From a virus (Duplodnaviria > Caudoviricetes): a stretch of DNA of 64,000 nucleotides. The position numbers and the translations under genes were made by a program. Of this stretch, positions 9,121-18,954 are shown piece after piece. A model generated the notes under the pieces. It was not told where the DNA came from. It worked only from the letters and a program-made list of their open reading frames with translations, and did not search any database. The DNA is taken from the IMG/VR virus record IMGVR_UViG_3300020049_016712, positions 22,006 to 86,005 of that record; one strand, given 5' to 3'. Every line of letters begins with the position of its first letter. Position 1 is the stretch's first letter.

Positions 9121-9579
9121 TCACGCGGCCTCGCTAAACACACACTCGATGTGACACCCGATAGCCCCGGTGCCTGCCACATCGACATCCACGATCACCA
9201 AGTCCCCTGTCGCAACGTCGTCGTTACTGGTGTCAATCACGGCTGGGGTTGCGGCCGTGGCGGAGGAGTATTCGCCTGCGTCAACACTCAGAGCCGTGGT
9301 GAGCATGTCAACATCGCTGCCGGCCCTGCGCCTGCGAACCTGAAAGGTGGGGGCACCGGAACTGGAGACGGTGGACAAGACGGCTTTGACAGACGACAGA
9401 ACCAGGCCGTTGAGATGCGCTGGGACCAGGAACGACGCCTGCCCGTCACCGGTGATCAACACGCCGTCGGCGGGAGCGGAGACGGTGAGAGAATAGGTGC
9501 GGGAAGCCTGAATGGCCGACTCGATGAGAGCCTGGGTTTCAGGCGTAATTCCTGCGCTTGGATTCGTCGTATGGCTCAT
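9121..9579 (-). CDS. Virion structural protein (tail-fibre-associated beta domain)
   Basis: SSGAPTFQV...DMLTTALSVDAGEYSS...DVATGDLVIVDVDVAGTGA; position among fibre genes. Confidence 0.6.
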   Translation of the reverse strand: MSHTTNPSAGITPETQALIESAIQASRTYSLTVSAPADGVLITGDGQASFLVPAHLNGLVLSSVKAVLSTVSSSGAPTFQVRRRRAGSDVDMLTTALSVDAGEYSSATAATPAVIDTSNDDVATGDLVIVDVDVAGTGAIGCHIECVFSEAA

Positions 9580-10394
9580 TAGGAATCCTGGACGCTGACC
9601 AATGCGTACTCGGTGGTCGTGTCGCTGCTCATGTCGGCATACAACGCAGCCTTGAGCAATCCAGCACAGTCATTAACGCGCGTCCCACCAGGGACCAAAC
9701 AACATCCGCCATTGGTCTGGGCCGTGTTTCCTGGCAACATGTTTCCGTCGCCAAAATAGATCGGGTAACCGGTATAGGTTGGCAGGGCCGAAGTGGTCGG
9801 GTGGTTGATAATCTCGAGAATGGTCCGGTTGCCGTGGAAAGGCGCGAGTTGGACACGGCCATGCGTTACGCACACGTCCACAGATACCGTTGCCGACAAC
9901 GCTGCCGACGCCGAAATGCGCAGGTGATACCCCGAGGCCGAGTTGACCGTATTCTGAGCCCAGTTCGAGGAACCTGGATAGTCGAATGTAACAAGACCTG
10001 ATTGCGCCAGTGTCGCGCCACCCGAGGCCGTGCCATCGCTCAGGTTAGAAACAGCAGTCCAGGCCGACCCATTCCAATAATGCACGGCCAGCGTCGCAGC
10101 ATTGGCGTTCACCTGCCCAGAAATCATGCCGATATACAGACGATTCACCGAATAATCTTCGCACTGGATTACGACCCAATCGCCGTTCGCAACCGTGTTG
10201 AGTGAGTCCAGTTGACCGTGGTTGGTTCCATCGGCACTGGCGGTCTCAGAGGTGTAGGCCGTATAATTGGCCCCATCGTCCGTGGTGACCAGGAAACGCG
10301 TAAGGGCGCGCGCACCGACGCGAACCACTTTTTGGGTCTGGATCTGACCTGCGTCGCGATACAATTTAGCGTTTCTCCCTTGAGCAATACTCAA
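9579..10394 (-). CDS. Virion protein carrying the shared 140-aa module
   Basis: Module aligns with segments of 23271..25118 and 31673..32548; follows a late motif. Confidence 0.65.
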   Translation of the reverse strand: MSIAQGRNAKLYRDAGQIQTQKVVRVGARALTRFLVTTDDGANYTAYTSETASADGTNHGQLDSLNTVANGDWVVIQCEDYSVNRLYIGMISGQVNANAATLAVHYWNGSAWTAVSNLSDGTASGGATLAQSGLVTFDYPGSSNWAQNTVNSASGYHLRISASAALSATVSVDVCVTHGRVQLAPFHGNRTILEIINHPTTSALPTYTGYPIYFGDGNMLPGNTAQTNGGCCLVPGGTRVNDCAGLLKAALYADMSSDTTTEYALVSVQDS

Positions 10395-10403
10395 TAACCC
10401 GAT

Positions 10404-10430
10404 TTCCGCGCATGCCGAAATTGAACCTTT
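10404..10430 (-). promoter_or_regulatory. Late-gene motif
   Basis: Minus strand AAAGGTTC-AAT-TTCGGCATGCGCGGAA. Confidence 0.7.
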
Positions 10431-10794
10431 GAGTACGATGGGAAGCGATTTGTCAAATCAAGCCAGAATCGCACAAACCGTTATGGGACAATGGTTTTCA
10501 AGATGCGTTGAAAAACTTGAATTTTCCATACTTGTGCCATGAAACCGTTGTGCCATAAGGATTTGCCGGTAATTCAGAGGCAGCAGAAAAGCATGATGCT
10601 CGTGTATTTCTTTCAATTCTTAGCCACTTCAGCCTTTTAGCAAAAGGATCTTCGCCAGGATCCATTTTTCAAGCACCCCCTATGCGATGACATAGGTTAA
10701 CCTTTGACGGGCTTAGAATCGATTCTGTGGCCTCTGGTGCGTTGAACGGAATATTCTCCTGTGTCAATGCTTGTTAGGTTGTCTTAACATTTGC

Positions 10795-11619
10795 CTAAGC
10801 AGTAGCCGAGACGAGTTTCAGCGAAACGAACGTTTCTTGAATATCATTATCAGAAGTTGCTTCGCCGGTGGCCTTGACAACCACGGTCGAGGATAGGGTT
10901 TCGGTCGGCGCAGCCGTTTGGCACTCGGTGCCGTAGAGCGACGAGGCCGACCCTACCGCATTCGCGAACGTGATTTGCGTCGCCGCACCGGTGCGCACGA
11001 TTCGGGCCCGGACCAACAGCGAGCCTCCGTTCTGGTTCTGCGCCCCGGAACTGTAAATAGCGGTCGATCCAAAATACAATTTCACGGTCTTAGCGTTAGC
11101 GTTTGCGGCGAATGTGAACAGCGCCTCGACCTCGAGAACGTCGTTGGTTTTGGCGAGCAGACTGGCTGGAATCGTGGTCGAAATCAGATCGTCCTCTCCT
11201 GTTCCGACATTGCCGACCGAGGTGGTGGACACTACGGAATATGGCCTTTGCGCGATTAGGAGAAATTGCGTCCCATCGTATAGCAGCACCACAATCGAAC
11301 CGCTCAGGAGGTCGTACGGCAACAATGCTTGCCCGTCCAATCGCAGAACGTTCTTGGCGCCGAGCGAGTTGACGTTGATGGTCGAAGCGCCCGAGGAATT
11401 GCTGGAATGGATTTTCGCGTAAACAATCATGCCCTCGGTATACGCGGTCGGCGCATAGGATGCCGGCAGGGAAATCGTGTACGTCGGTTGCGTTCCGGCC
11501 GTGGTTGCGTAGTTCGTCGCATTCGTCTCGAGACTCTGAATCGAGGATCGGACGGCGTTAGCCCAGGTTGCGGAACTGGTATCGCCGGTGGTGATGGACG
11601 TAATGGATGCGTTAGGCAT
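10795..11619 (-). CDS. Tail fibre protein
   Basis: GASTINVNSLGAKNV...SGSIVVLLYDGTQFLL fibre-shaft domain; Thr/Ser/Ala rich. Confidence 0.7.
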   Translation of the reverse strand: MPNASITSITTGDTSSATWANAVRSSIQSLETNATNYATTAGTQPTYTISLPASYAPTAYTEGMIVYAKIHSSNSSGASTINVNSLGAKNVLRLDGQALLPYDLLSGSIVVLLYDGTQFLLIAQRPYSVVSTTSVGNVGTGEDDLISTTIPASLLAKTNDVLEVEALFTFAANANAKTVKLYFGSTAIYSSGAQNQNGGSLLVRARIVRTGAATQITFANAVGSASSLYGTECQTAAPTETLSSTVVVKATGEATSDNDIQETFVSLKLVSATA

Positions 11620-11652
11620 GTTGAATACTTCTCCTCATGGCGTTGAAAACCC

Positions 11653-14034
11653 TTACATTATCCTCCACCGAAGATTCGGGGATTGGCCATGCAGTTCGCA
11701 ATTTGCAATCATGATCGTGTCGCATGGCCACCCAGAACCCATGGCTAATGTTCCCGAGTCACGGTTCGGCTCAGGAGGTTGTGCATCGTTGACAAACTCG
11801 TACATTTCCTCAAGTTCACCCGTGTCGGTCCGCAGTTTTAGCAGGAAGCGTTTGATTCCGACAGCGTCAAAACCGGAGGCGGTAACGTCGCGCCAATCCT
11901 CGGCCACCAGGTAGACAAAATCATCGGTCAGAAACGGTGTTGAAATGACCTGCCCGTGACGTGGCTCCTTGAGTCCTGACGGAATCGTTCCACTTTGGGA
12001 CGGAACCACGGCATCGGGAGCCGCACCCAGGATTTCCTCGTCATGAAGATTCGTTGACCATATCACCGTCAGGCTCGACCCAGAAACGGTGAATTTCGCC
12101 ATGGTTGCGATCTCGGCCACCACGGTATTGTGATACTCCAGTTCGTAATCACTCCAGGTCCCGATATTGGCGGTTTTGGTAGGCGCCAACGCAGGAGACG
12201 CGTTGCCGCGCGGGAACCCATAACATTCTCCGTTGTGGATTGCGATTTTCCCGGAGTGCCACAGAGTCGGTTTCGTCGTGATAAGCCCCTGTTTCGGCTT
12301 GTAGAATCGAAACCAGTGATATTTTATCAGCGTGTCGGACGCGAGGTGGAAAAATAACCATGCTGGTGGACGCGTAAACGAGGTTAGAGCCGCAGTCCAA
12401 ATTGGTTCGAGGAACGATACTCCAGCCGAGGTTTCGCGCTCCTTCATGCAGTGGACACCTTGATCGGAGGCTTGAGCAGGCTGAAATGAGCTTTGCGGGC
12501 CGGCATCGGGATCCTGGCCTGGAGAGAAATAGAATTCACCGCCGTAGTAATCGGGAATCTCGACCTTGGCCGGGTAAATCGTATCGTAATAGGTGAACGA
12601 TCCTGACGATGGCTGCGGAACACAGAACCGAATCGCATCGGGGACGACACTTTCGCCATCGTCAGGCGAGGATCCGCCTTGCCCGTGATAGCATGGATCC
12701 GATCCGAACGCATTCTGCAACGGTGCTGTAATGTTGCTTGCAGAAGGCGTCACAGTCTCTCGTGTCCACTGACCAGCACCTGTTCCGGTGATGACAATCG
12801 GATTCCCATCAGAATCGTTATAAGTGTCGGTGTCGGACACATAGGCCGTCGACGTAATCGCACCGGTGCGAACATCGATAACCATATATCCGTGTTTCCA
12901 GTCGATGGCCTCTGGGGACCCAATCGCATCACCGGATTCTGAATATACTGAATTTAGTTCACCCTCAAGCTCTGCTAATCGAGCCGCGCCAAATCCGGCC
13001 GACCCTTGCCGGTTATCCAGGTTGGTCGGGGGAGGACTCGGATTCGTCACTAACGGTTGTTGAGGATTCACTCCAGGAGTTCCCGATCCGCTGTTAAACC
13101 AGCGCCCCAAGACGGTTGATGTGACCTGGCTGGCGTTACCGTCTGGATCGCGAACGGTAAACGTTGACGATGACGCGAAATCTTTTCCAGGCTTGACCAT
13201 GAGGAAGTCGATTTCCTCGAAATGGACCAGGATGGAGGTGCTGGAGTATTGGCAGATTGGAGTGTATAGGAATCGAGTCCACTCGTTGGATCCGAAATCG
13301 GAAATACCCGAACAAGCCACAGTCTGATTGTCGCGATCCGCAACTCCTGTCGGAACGTCTTCCCAACCCTTTTTGTGCCAAATCTTCCCGGTGGAAATCG
13401 AGCATCCCATGATTTGATGGGCGCGCGCGAACCGAGGTACGAAAATACCCAGTTCCGGGAATACGATATTGTCATAATACCACGCTTCCGAGTAGAGACT
13501 GTAAAACCATGGGATCGAGCCATGGTCCTCGAGTCCGTCGCCGATCAATTGCCGGTCGCGCTTGTTGTTCGTGCCGACAGAAATGGGGAATGAATAATTT
13601 TCGCGAGAAGTTCGCGTCGTCCAGGTGCGAATATCGAAACGCGAGCAATCCATTTGCCGCGCCACGCTGGGCTCTGTCTGAGCAAGAGAAAACGTGTCTT
13701 CTATCTCTCCTGTTTCAGAATTCATGACAACGACCGAAGGCTGATAGAGAATCGAGCGCGCTCCTGATGAAGCCAGCCAGTTGTCAAATTCGACAATCGA
13801 GTGTTGGATAACGACTTGAGCAACCTTGCCCTCAAACTCCATAGGTTCGCCAACCGCAAGGCCGTCGCCGCATAGGCAGAATTCGCGCTCCCACTTGAGC
13901 GGCAAAGCGGAGTCGGACCTATCGAAGTGCTTGATTTTTCTGCATTTTTTGGCCTGCGACAGTATGACTTCCAGGACAGCGGTATTGGTCTGTCCGAACG
14001 GCCACTCATAGGATGAAATCGCGGTCAAGCTCAT
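11653..14034 (-). CDS. Large tail-tip or virion protein (793 aa), function unknown
   Basis: Long ORF in the tail-tip region, tightly coupled to neighbours; beta-rich composition. Confidence 0.6.
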   Translation of the reverse strand: MSLTAISSYEWPFGQTNTAVLEVILSQAKKCRKIKHFDRSDSALPLKWEREFCLCGDGLAVGEPMEFEGKVAQVVIQHSIVEFDNWLASSGARSILYQPSVVVMNSETGEIEDTFSLAQTEPSVARQMDCSRFDIRTWTTRTSRENYSFPISVGTNNKRDRQLIGDGLEDHGSIPWFYSLYSEAWYYDNIVFPELGIFVPRFARAHQIMGCSISTGKIWHKKGWEDVPTGVADRDNQTVACSGISDFGSNEWTRFLYTPICQYSSTSILVHFEEIDFLMVKPGKDFASSSTFTVRDPDGNASQVTSTVLGRWFNSGSGTPGVNPQQPLVTNPSPPPTNLDNRQGSAGFGAARLAELEGELNSVYSESGDAIGSPEAIDWKHGYMVIDVRTGAITSTAYVSDTDTYNDSDGNPIVITGTGAGQWTRETVTPSASNITAPLQNAFGSDPCYHGQGGSSPDDGESVVPDAIRFCVPQPSSGSFTYYDTIYPAKVEIPDYYGGEFYFSPGQDPDAGPQSSFQPAQASDQGVHCMKERETSAGVSFLEPIWTAALTSFTRPPAWLFFHLASDTLIKYHWFRFYKPKQGLITTKPTLWHSGKIAIHNGECYGFPRGNASPALAPTKTANIGTWSDYELEYHNTVVAEIATMAKFTVSGSSLTVIWSTNLHDEEILGAAPDAVVPSQSGTIPSGLKEPRHGQVISTPFLTDDFVYLVAEDWRDVTASGFDAVGIKRFLLKLRTDTGELEEMYEFVNDAQPPEPNRDSGTLAMGSGWPCDTIMIANCELHGQSPNLRWRIM

Positions 14035-15165
14035 CTAGAAACACCCCTGATCCGACCATCCGAGGTCATATTGTTCCTGCCCGTATCCCAACTGTTTGTA
14101 TTTGTAGCAGAAGGCGCAACTGTAGGCCATATCTGGATCTCCATCGATACATGCTCCATCATTGAATGGACCATCGCCGCATTCTCCACCATAGGTTTCG
14201 TCGAATGACGTGTATTTGTCGTTGCTCAGGAAGCAGTCGTCGATTCCCGCGAAATAGTCGGAGTCCTCGGCCTGAGAAACCGCATCGTTCCATCCCTCGA
14301 TAGCACCATTATAAGCAGTTGCATAAGCCTCGGAATAGGCTGAAGTATAGGCGTCGCAGTAGCACTGATCCTCGTCGGTGGTTACCGAGATGGGGCAAAT
14401 TGGATCGTATCGAGAACCGGTTCCACCGTCCACGCCTTCTGCGTCCAGTCCATCCAGGAATCCGTCTTCTGCACCGGCAGCCGTTCCGTCTTCGATGCCG
14501 GTGGCCGCGCGCTCGGCACAGGATTGCGGTATCGATGGGCAACTTGAGTCGTTGGTGCCCGTGGTTACCACCATGACCGACGATGTTTTCAGGCCGACGG
14601 TGATGGCTAGCGGTTCTGACTCGCAGGCCATCGAAACCGTGTCGGTAGTTGAAAGATTTTCCTGGATCACACTATTCCCGGAGGCTCGATACAGGTATGG
14701 CCCGTATCCGCGCAATAGTTGAATTCCAGAACCTGTTGAAACCGTTTCCAGAATATCCGCCAGGGTGAAATCGTAAGTGGAACAGTTCGAGAACTGAGAA
14801 TCGTTACAGGGCCTGTCGTCGCCAATGTAATAGGCAGAACCGCCGCGCAGGCGCAGCCAGGCAGAGCACAGGTATTCGGCAAACTGGTCTCCAGACGGAA
14901 ACGGAGAATCTCCGGTCTTGATGGACTCGTCTCGGAAAATGGCAGTAGCCTTGTGCTTGGACCTGCTCGGATATAGAATCTGGATGGTTTGTCCGACGAA
15001 ATCGGACGGATTGCCGCGCCCTCCAGGAGTGGCCAGAAACGGTTCTGGACGCCCCGAGGCCCGCATAACGCACATTCCGTCTGGCCGCACCTCCTCGAGA
15101 ACGGCAAACTCATAGAGCGGCCTACGCGCGACCAGACGCTGTGCAATACGTTCTCGCGATCCCAT
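14035..15165 (-). CDS. Tail-region protein with Cys/Asp-rich C-terminus
   Basis: 16 Cys by my count; GxxxG/AYxxAY repeats; N-terminus resembles the upstream 87-aa ORF. Confidence 0.6.
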   Translation of the reverse strand: MGSRERIAQRLVARRPLYEFAVLEEVRPDGMCVMRASGRPEPFLATPGGRGNPSDFVGQTIQILYPSRSKHKATAIFRDESIKTGDSPFPSGDQFAEYLCSAWLRLRGGSAYYIGDDRPCNDSQFSNCSTYDFTLADILETVSTGSGIQLLRGYGPYLYRASGNSVIQENLSTTDTVSMACESEPLAITVGLKTSSVMVVTTGTNDSSCPSIPQSCAERAATGIEDGTAAGAEDGFLDGLDAEGVDGGTGSRYDPICPISVTTDEDQCYCDAYTSAYSEAYATAYNGAIEGWNDAVSQAEDSDYFAGIDDCFLSNDKYTSFDETYGGECGDGPFNDGACIDGDPDMAYSCAFCYKYKQLGYGQEQYDLGWSDQGCF

Positions 15166-15429
15166 CTACACCGACCACGGGAAGTCGCCAATCGAGGTTG
15201 GGAAGTCTCCTCGGCCTTTGGTGAGAATCAATTGTGGAACACCCTCGGTCGCGTCCTCGTAAATCTGAGGAACACCGCTTCGAGCATTCGGTCGACCTGC
15301 GACCTTGGCTTCGAGTAATCCTGATTCTGAAATAGATTCAACAACTGAGGATTCGAACTTGGGACCGCGCCGCATGGCCCCTTCAACGGCCCTCTGAACG
15401 GCTCTGATTCTGTCTTTTCGTTTAGCCAT
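15166..15429 (-). CDS. Small tail-region protein (87 aa)
   Basis: Coupled to both neighbours; AKVAGRP segment resembles MRASGRP in the next gene. Confidence 0.6.
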   Translation of the reverse strand: MAKRKDRIRAVQRAVEGAMRRGPKFESSVVESISESGLLEAKVAGRPNARSGVPQIYEDATEGVPQLILTKGRGDFPTSIGDFPWSV

Positions 15430-17353
15430 TGGTGATCGCTCCTTGATAGAGGTATTCTACCGCATCGAAGTTCGTCGCGCGAACCGAAAAGTCATCGCTC
15501 AGGACATGTTGCACGTTGGTCACCCAGAGTGTGTGGGTGGAACTCAGATACAGGTCGGACCAATCCACGCGATCCCCAACCTCCATTTGGAAATTGGGAG
15601 GCACCTCGAACGAGAATTGGCGCTGCATCGTGCCCTGGTATTTGAGGAATCGGTCGGCGAAAATCTGCGCAGTGGCCGCGTCCGGGAAAAGCGCATCGGC
15701 CTCGAACTCGAGGAATCGTTCGCCGTGAACCGCGATGGAGTCCGCATTCTGGCGAGTTACGACAAACTCGGTGTCGTATGGCAAATCGAGCAGTCCCGAA
15801 GTGTTATCCGGGTTCATGGCAGGAGTGCCTTTAAATCGAATGGCCCCAGGAGCGCCCTCCACTCCAGCCATTGTTTGCGTAACAGTGCGCGCTCCCCAGG
15901 TGTATTTGCAGTATTTCGCGCCGTTGACGTTGCCATTTCCTAGGACCGAACTTGGATAGGAAATCGGCTGAACCACACCTTCTCCTGGAGAGGCTGCCGA
16001 GTTCTCGCGGATAGTTCGCACCGCGATTAGATGGTCGCCCTCGTCGTAATATTCGAAATTGGAGAATACCCCACCGCCAGCAGCGATGATTTGCGGTCGA
16101 ACCGAGTACAGGACCGCGTCGAAAGTGTAGGTGTATTGCCCGAAAGTGTATACCTCTTGCCGGTTGGCCTCGTTTGCAGTGGCCGTAGTGGCAGCCCTCG
16201 AGGTGCGCACCACGCGAACCTTGTTGATCACCTTCTGCAAAGAGGTGGTCGACGTTCGACCGCGCCCGCAGATCGCCGAGTTGTACTGCCAGACTCGAGA
16301 GGTGGTGCCCGGGTCGAATACCACCAGTCCGTTTCCGCGAACCTTGTATTTGCAGAGCAGGGCATCCCACAGTTCTGTTAGCCAGTCAATCGGACGCGAG
16401 TTTTGCCGGTTGAAGATTGGAACCACGTAGTTCGTCGCCGAACTCGTATCGATAGGCACACCGTATTCGTCGGCAATCTCTTTCGTCACCTGATGCATAG
16501 TGTAGGCCTGGGCGGCCGTAGATTCCACCGTGGCCATGGTTTGCGACTCGACCGACAACTTGAGGTGGGGAACGTCGATACCGCCCCAATCAATTTCAAG
16601 CCATCCTCCCGAGGCCTGCGAGTCGGAGAAATTGGTTCCACAGCCAATATACTCAAGCCCTCCTCCGCCTCCCAGAGTTGGTTTCGCAACGAAGAACTTG
16701 CTCAGATTCCCGCTTGAATAAGGGTTGGCGTTCAAGACGTTTTGCCATGACCCAGACTTGTCGGGATGGTAGTCTTTGGCCGCGTCGATGTGTAGGGAGA
16801 ATGTCGATGCGTCGGAATCTGGCAGGTTGATTGATACCAACGATGGTGCGCAAAAATCTCCACCAGGACCGGCGCCGACGATGGACAGGCCCGCGTCAAA
16901 AGTCCCGAATCCTGTTTTCCATCCAAACTCAACAGGAGACACATAATCCGAAGCGTCGAATCCCTCCATCCCTCCGCCAATGATTGCCGATACCAGGACC
17001 TGTGTCGGGTCGATGTTATAGCGGTGATGGAAATAGATGTCGCGCTCGATGTAAATGCCGTATTTGTGCGTGAAATAATTGATTACGTCTTCCTGGTTGT
17101 ATCGGTGCAGGAAATACGTCTCGAACTCAGCCAGGGTGGAGTAACGGTGCATGAAATATGCCAGGATTTCGTCACCGAGTCGGTATCGATAGCCTCCGAA
17201 AACGGCCGTTTTGGCGCCCCAGGTGAAGTCTCCCCACTTGCCATTTCCCCAACCGTAGAGAGAACCGGAGGCGAGGATCTGGCCCCACTTGAACGTGCCC
17301 CAATTGCCGTTTCCCCAGGCTGCCGAGTTGTCGCTTGTTGCGAGGTTTGGCAT
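15422..17353 (-). CDS. Tail-tip hub or baseplate-like protein
   Basis: C-terminal VGDRVDW...LWVTNVQHVL resembles gpD/Tal-type hub ends; located downstream of the tape measure; SD GGAGG. Confidence 0.6.
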   Translation of the reverse strand: MPNLATSDNSAAWGNGNWGTFKWGQILASGSLYGWGNGKWGDFTWGAKTAVFGGYRYRLGDEILAYFMHRYSTLAEFETYFLHRYNQEDVINYFTHKYGIYIERDIYFHHRYNIDPTQVLVSAIIGGGMEGFDASDYVSPVEFGWKTGFGTFDAGLSIVGAGPGGDFCAPSLVSINLPDSDASTFSLHIDAAKDYHPDKSGSWQNVLNANPYSSGNLSKFFVAKPTLGGGGGLEYIGCGTNFSDSQASGGWLEIDWGGIDVPHLKLSVESQTMATVESTAAQAYTMHQVTKEIADEYGVPIDTSSATNYVVPIFNRQNSRPIDWLTELWDALLCKYKVRGNGLVVFDPGTTSRVWQYNSAICGRGRTSTTSLQKVINKVRVVRTSRAATTATANEANRQEVYTFGQYTYTFDAVLYSVRPQIIAAGGGVFSNFEYYDEGDHLIAVRTIRENSAASPGEGVVQPISYPSSVLGNGNVNGAKYCKYTWGARTVTQTMAGVEGAPGAIRFKGTPAMNPDNTSGLLDLPYDTEFVVTRQNADSIAVHGERFLEFEADALFPDAATAQIFADRFLKYQGTMQRQFSFEVPPNFQMEVGDRVDWSDLYLSSTHTLWVTNVQHVLSDDFSVRATNFDAVEYLYQGAITNG

Positions 17354-17365
17354 TTCTACCTCCCT

Positions 17366-18175
17366 CTAACTGGCTTCGATCCGCATAGCCAGCACAACCT
17401 GAACGTCAGACGATGTTTTCACGCGCTCCTTGGCGGTCAGCCTGCTCCATATTGACTGATAAGACCCTGCCGCAATGGTGCCGCCAGAGCCCACAGAAAG
17501 GGCTGTGGCAAGCGTTCGGATTGTGGAGAACGTAACTGACCCTGGTGCCGTTGAAGCGTCTGTAATCGTTGCTGAGTCATCGAGAGAGGCATGCAGGCCA
17601 ATGGCGATTTCTCCGGTGGCCGTGTATCGACCTGGGATCGTTCCCGCAGAGGTCACGATGGGGCCCGGGCAAATCCCGATAGTGGTTGAACTATTTTTGA
17701 TGGTCGCGTCACCGGCAACACCTTCCAATGCAGAGGTCGACCCGTTACGAAATTCGATGCGCTGCAAATCGTCGGTCTGCGATGGAGAATTGGTCGAGGT
17801 AGCGTTGACGGTAAACTCTTCCGCGTATTCTACACCTGCCAGAAATCCGACGACTCGCGCCTTCAGATCGGTTGGGGCGGTCGCGAAAGCGACGGTCACG
17901 TAATTTGCCGAACCCCAGGTGGTCAGCGCGTTCAGGATGTAGAATTTGACCGAGTCGGCGTCGTCGGTGGAGTGATCGTTTTGCGCACAGCACTTGGAAT
18001 ATTGGACATTGTTTCCCTCTCCGGTCGCGAGGCTGGCCATTGGGAAATGCACCTCGCCAATCGAGCCACCGGTGATTGGAGTTGCCGAAGCCGCACCGCC
18101 GACATTGGAGGTAGAGAACGAGAGAGGACGCGTTGCGCACTGGTAAAGAACGAGATCGGTGATTTCGACGGCCAT
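17366..18175 (-). CDS. Tail structural protein (distal-tail region)
   Basis: Start revised to MAVEITDL (SD GGAGG); Thr/Ala/Ser rich. Confidence 0.6.
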   Translation of the reverse strand: MAVEITDLVLYQCATRPLSFSTSNVGGAASATPITGGSIGEVHFPMASLATGEGNNVQYSKCCAQNDHSTDDADSVKFYILNALTTWGSANYVTVAFATAPTDLKARVVGFLAGVEYAEEFTVNATSTNSPSQTDDLQRIEFRNGSTSALEGVAGDATIKNSSTTIGICPGPIVTSAGTIPGRYTATGEIAIGLHASLDDSATITDASTAPGSVTFSTIRTLATALSVGSGGTIAAGSYQSIWSRLTAKERVKTSSDVQVVLAMRIEAS

Positions 18176-18176
18176 G

Positions 18177-18638
18177 CTATTCGCCTCCAATCACGAAATA
18201 GGTGCGGTTTCTGGCTCGCCGAACATACTCTGGATTGACCTCTAGATGCACGGTTACCCAGGCCCCAGAAGACACGGAAAACAAGTTGCCAAGCCGTTTT
18301 TCTCCGAACACGGAAAGCTCCTTGACGCCTTTAGGGCAGGCCTCGACAAGCAAGTCGATGGGCTCGAGCGGCCCAACCTGGAACGACTCGCAGAACAACC
18401 GTAAAGCCTCAGCCAGGGCGCGGCCCTCATTACGCTGGTTGCGGTCACAGATGCTGATTCGAATGGGTCTGGAATAGTTTTCGCATCGAGGTCCGCCTTT
18501 GTTGAAACGGTTCTGAGCCGCGAAGGCCTGCGCCAAAAACGAAGCCTCGGACATCGGATCAATGGGTTCCCGCGATCTAATCAGCACATGATAAAGGTTT
18601 CCGCGCATGCCGAATGCGAACCTTTGGGGTATTGACAA
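18177..18638 (-). CDS. Hypothetical tail-region protein (true start probably downstream of about 18597)
   Basis: The annotated N-terminus PQRFAFGMRG is the late motif read as codons. Confidence 0.5.
   Translation of the reverse strand: MSIPQRFAFGMRGNLYHVLIRSREPIDPMSEASFLAQAFAAQNRFNKGGPRCENYSRPIRISICDRNQRNEGRALAEALRLFCESFQVGPLEPIDLLVEACPKGVKELSVFGEKRLGNLFSVSSGAWVTVHLEVNPEYVRRARNRTYFVIGGE
18599..18625 (-). promoter_or_regulatory. Late-gene motif
   Basis: Minus strand AAAGGTTC-GCA-TTCGGCATGCGCGGAA. Confidence 0.7.
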
Positions 18639-18660
18639 CGGTTAACGGTAGTCATATAAT
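18632..18660 (+). promoter_or_regulatory. Sigma70 promoter with embedded GTTAAC box (copy 3)
   Basis: TTGACA-ACGGTTAACGGTAGTCA (17 nt)-TATAAT, perfect consensus. Confidence 0.9.
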
Positions 18661-18675
18661 GGGATTATCAAAAGA

Positions 18676-18954
18676 ATGGAGCATACAAAAATGACTAATA
18701 ACAAACTTCAAAATAACAACTACACTCACTTCAATGGCCGAGTCTTCCTGACTCGCGGCCAGCACATGGTTCTGTTCGCTAACGGCGAATGGGCCAACGG
18801 TCGGCTAGAGTTCTGCCTCAGCCGCGCCTGCGAAGCCGCTACGGCTTACGGGCCCGACAACGCAACGGCCATCGTCGTTGCTCCCAACGGCGAGGTGGTG
18901 TGCAAGTTCCGCGCCAACCGCCAGGTCAGCGTAACCTGGAAGTGGGTCAAATAG
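18676..18954 (+). CDS. Hypothetical protein (moron-like, about 90 aa)
   Basis: Directly downstream of the perfect promoter; start may be the internal ATG (MTNNKL) after GGAG. Confidence 0.7.
   Translation: MEHTKMTNNKLQNNNYTHFNGRVFLTRGQHMVLFANGEWANGRLEFCLSRACEAATAYGPDNATAIVVAPNGEVVCKFRANRQVSVTWKWVK

Noticed and set aside
10520-10560. Sigma54 promoter (TGGCAC on the minus strand)
   Set aside because: The -12 element reads TTTC or TGGA rather than TTGC.
10687-10719. ATGACA-TAG-GTTAAC as another early promoter
   Set aside because: No -10 at 17-nt spacing (TAGAAT is 21 nt away) and no downstream plus-strand gene.
7660-11619. Diversity-generating retroelement acting on fibre genes
   Set aside because: No reverse transcriptase and no adenine-mismatched TR/VR pair noticed; the shared module copies differ at all base types.
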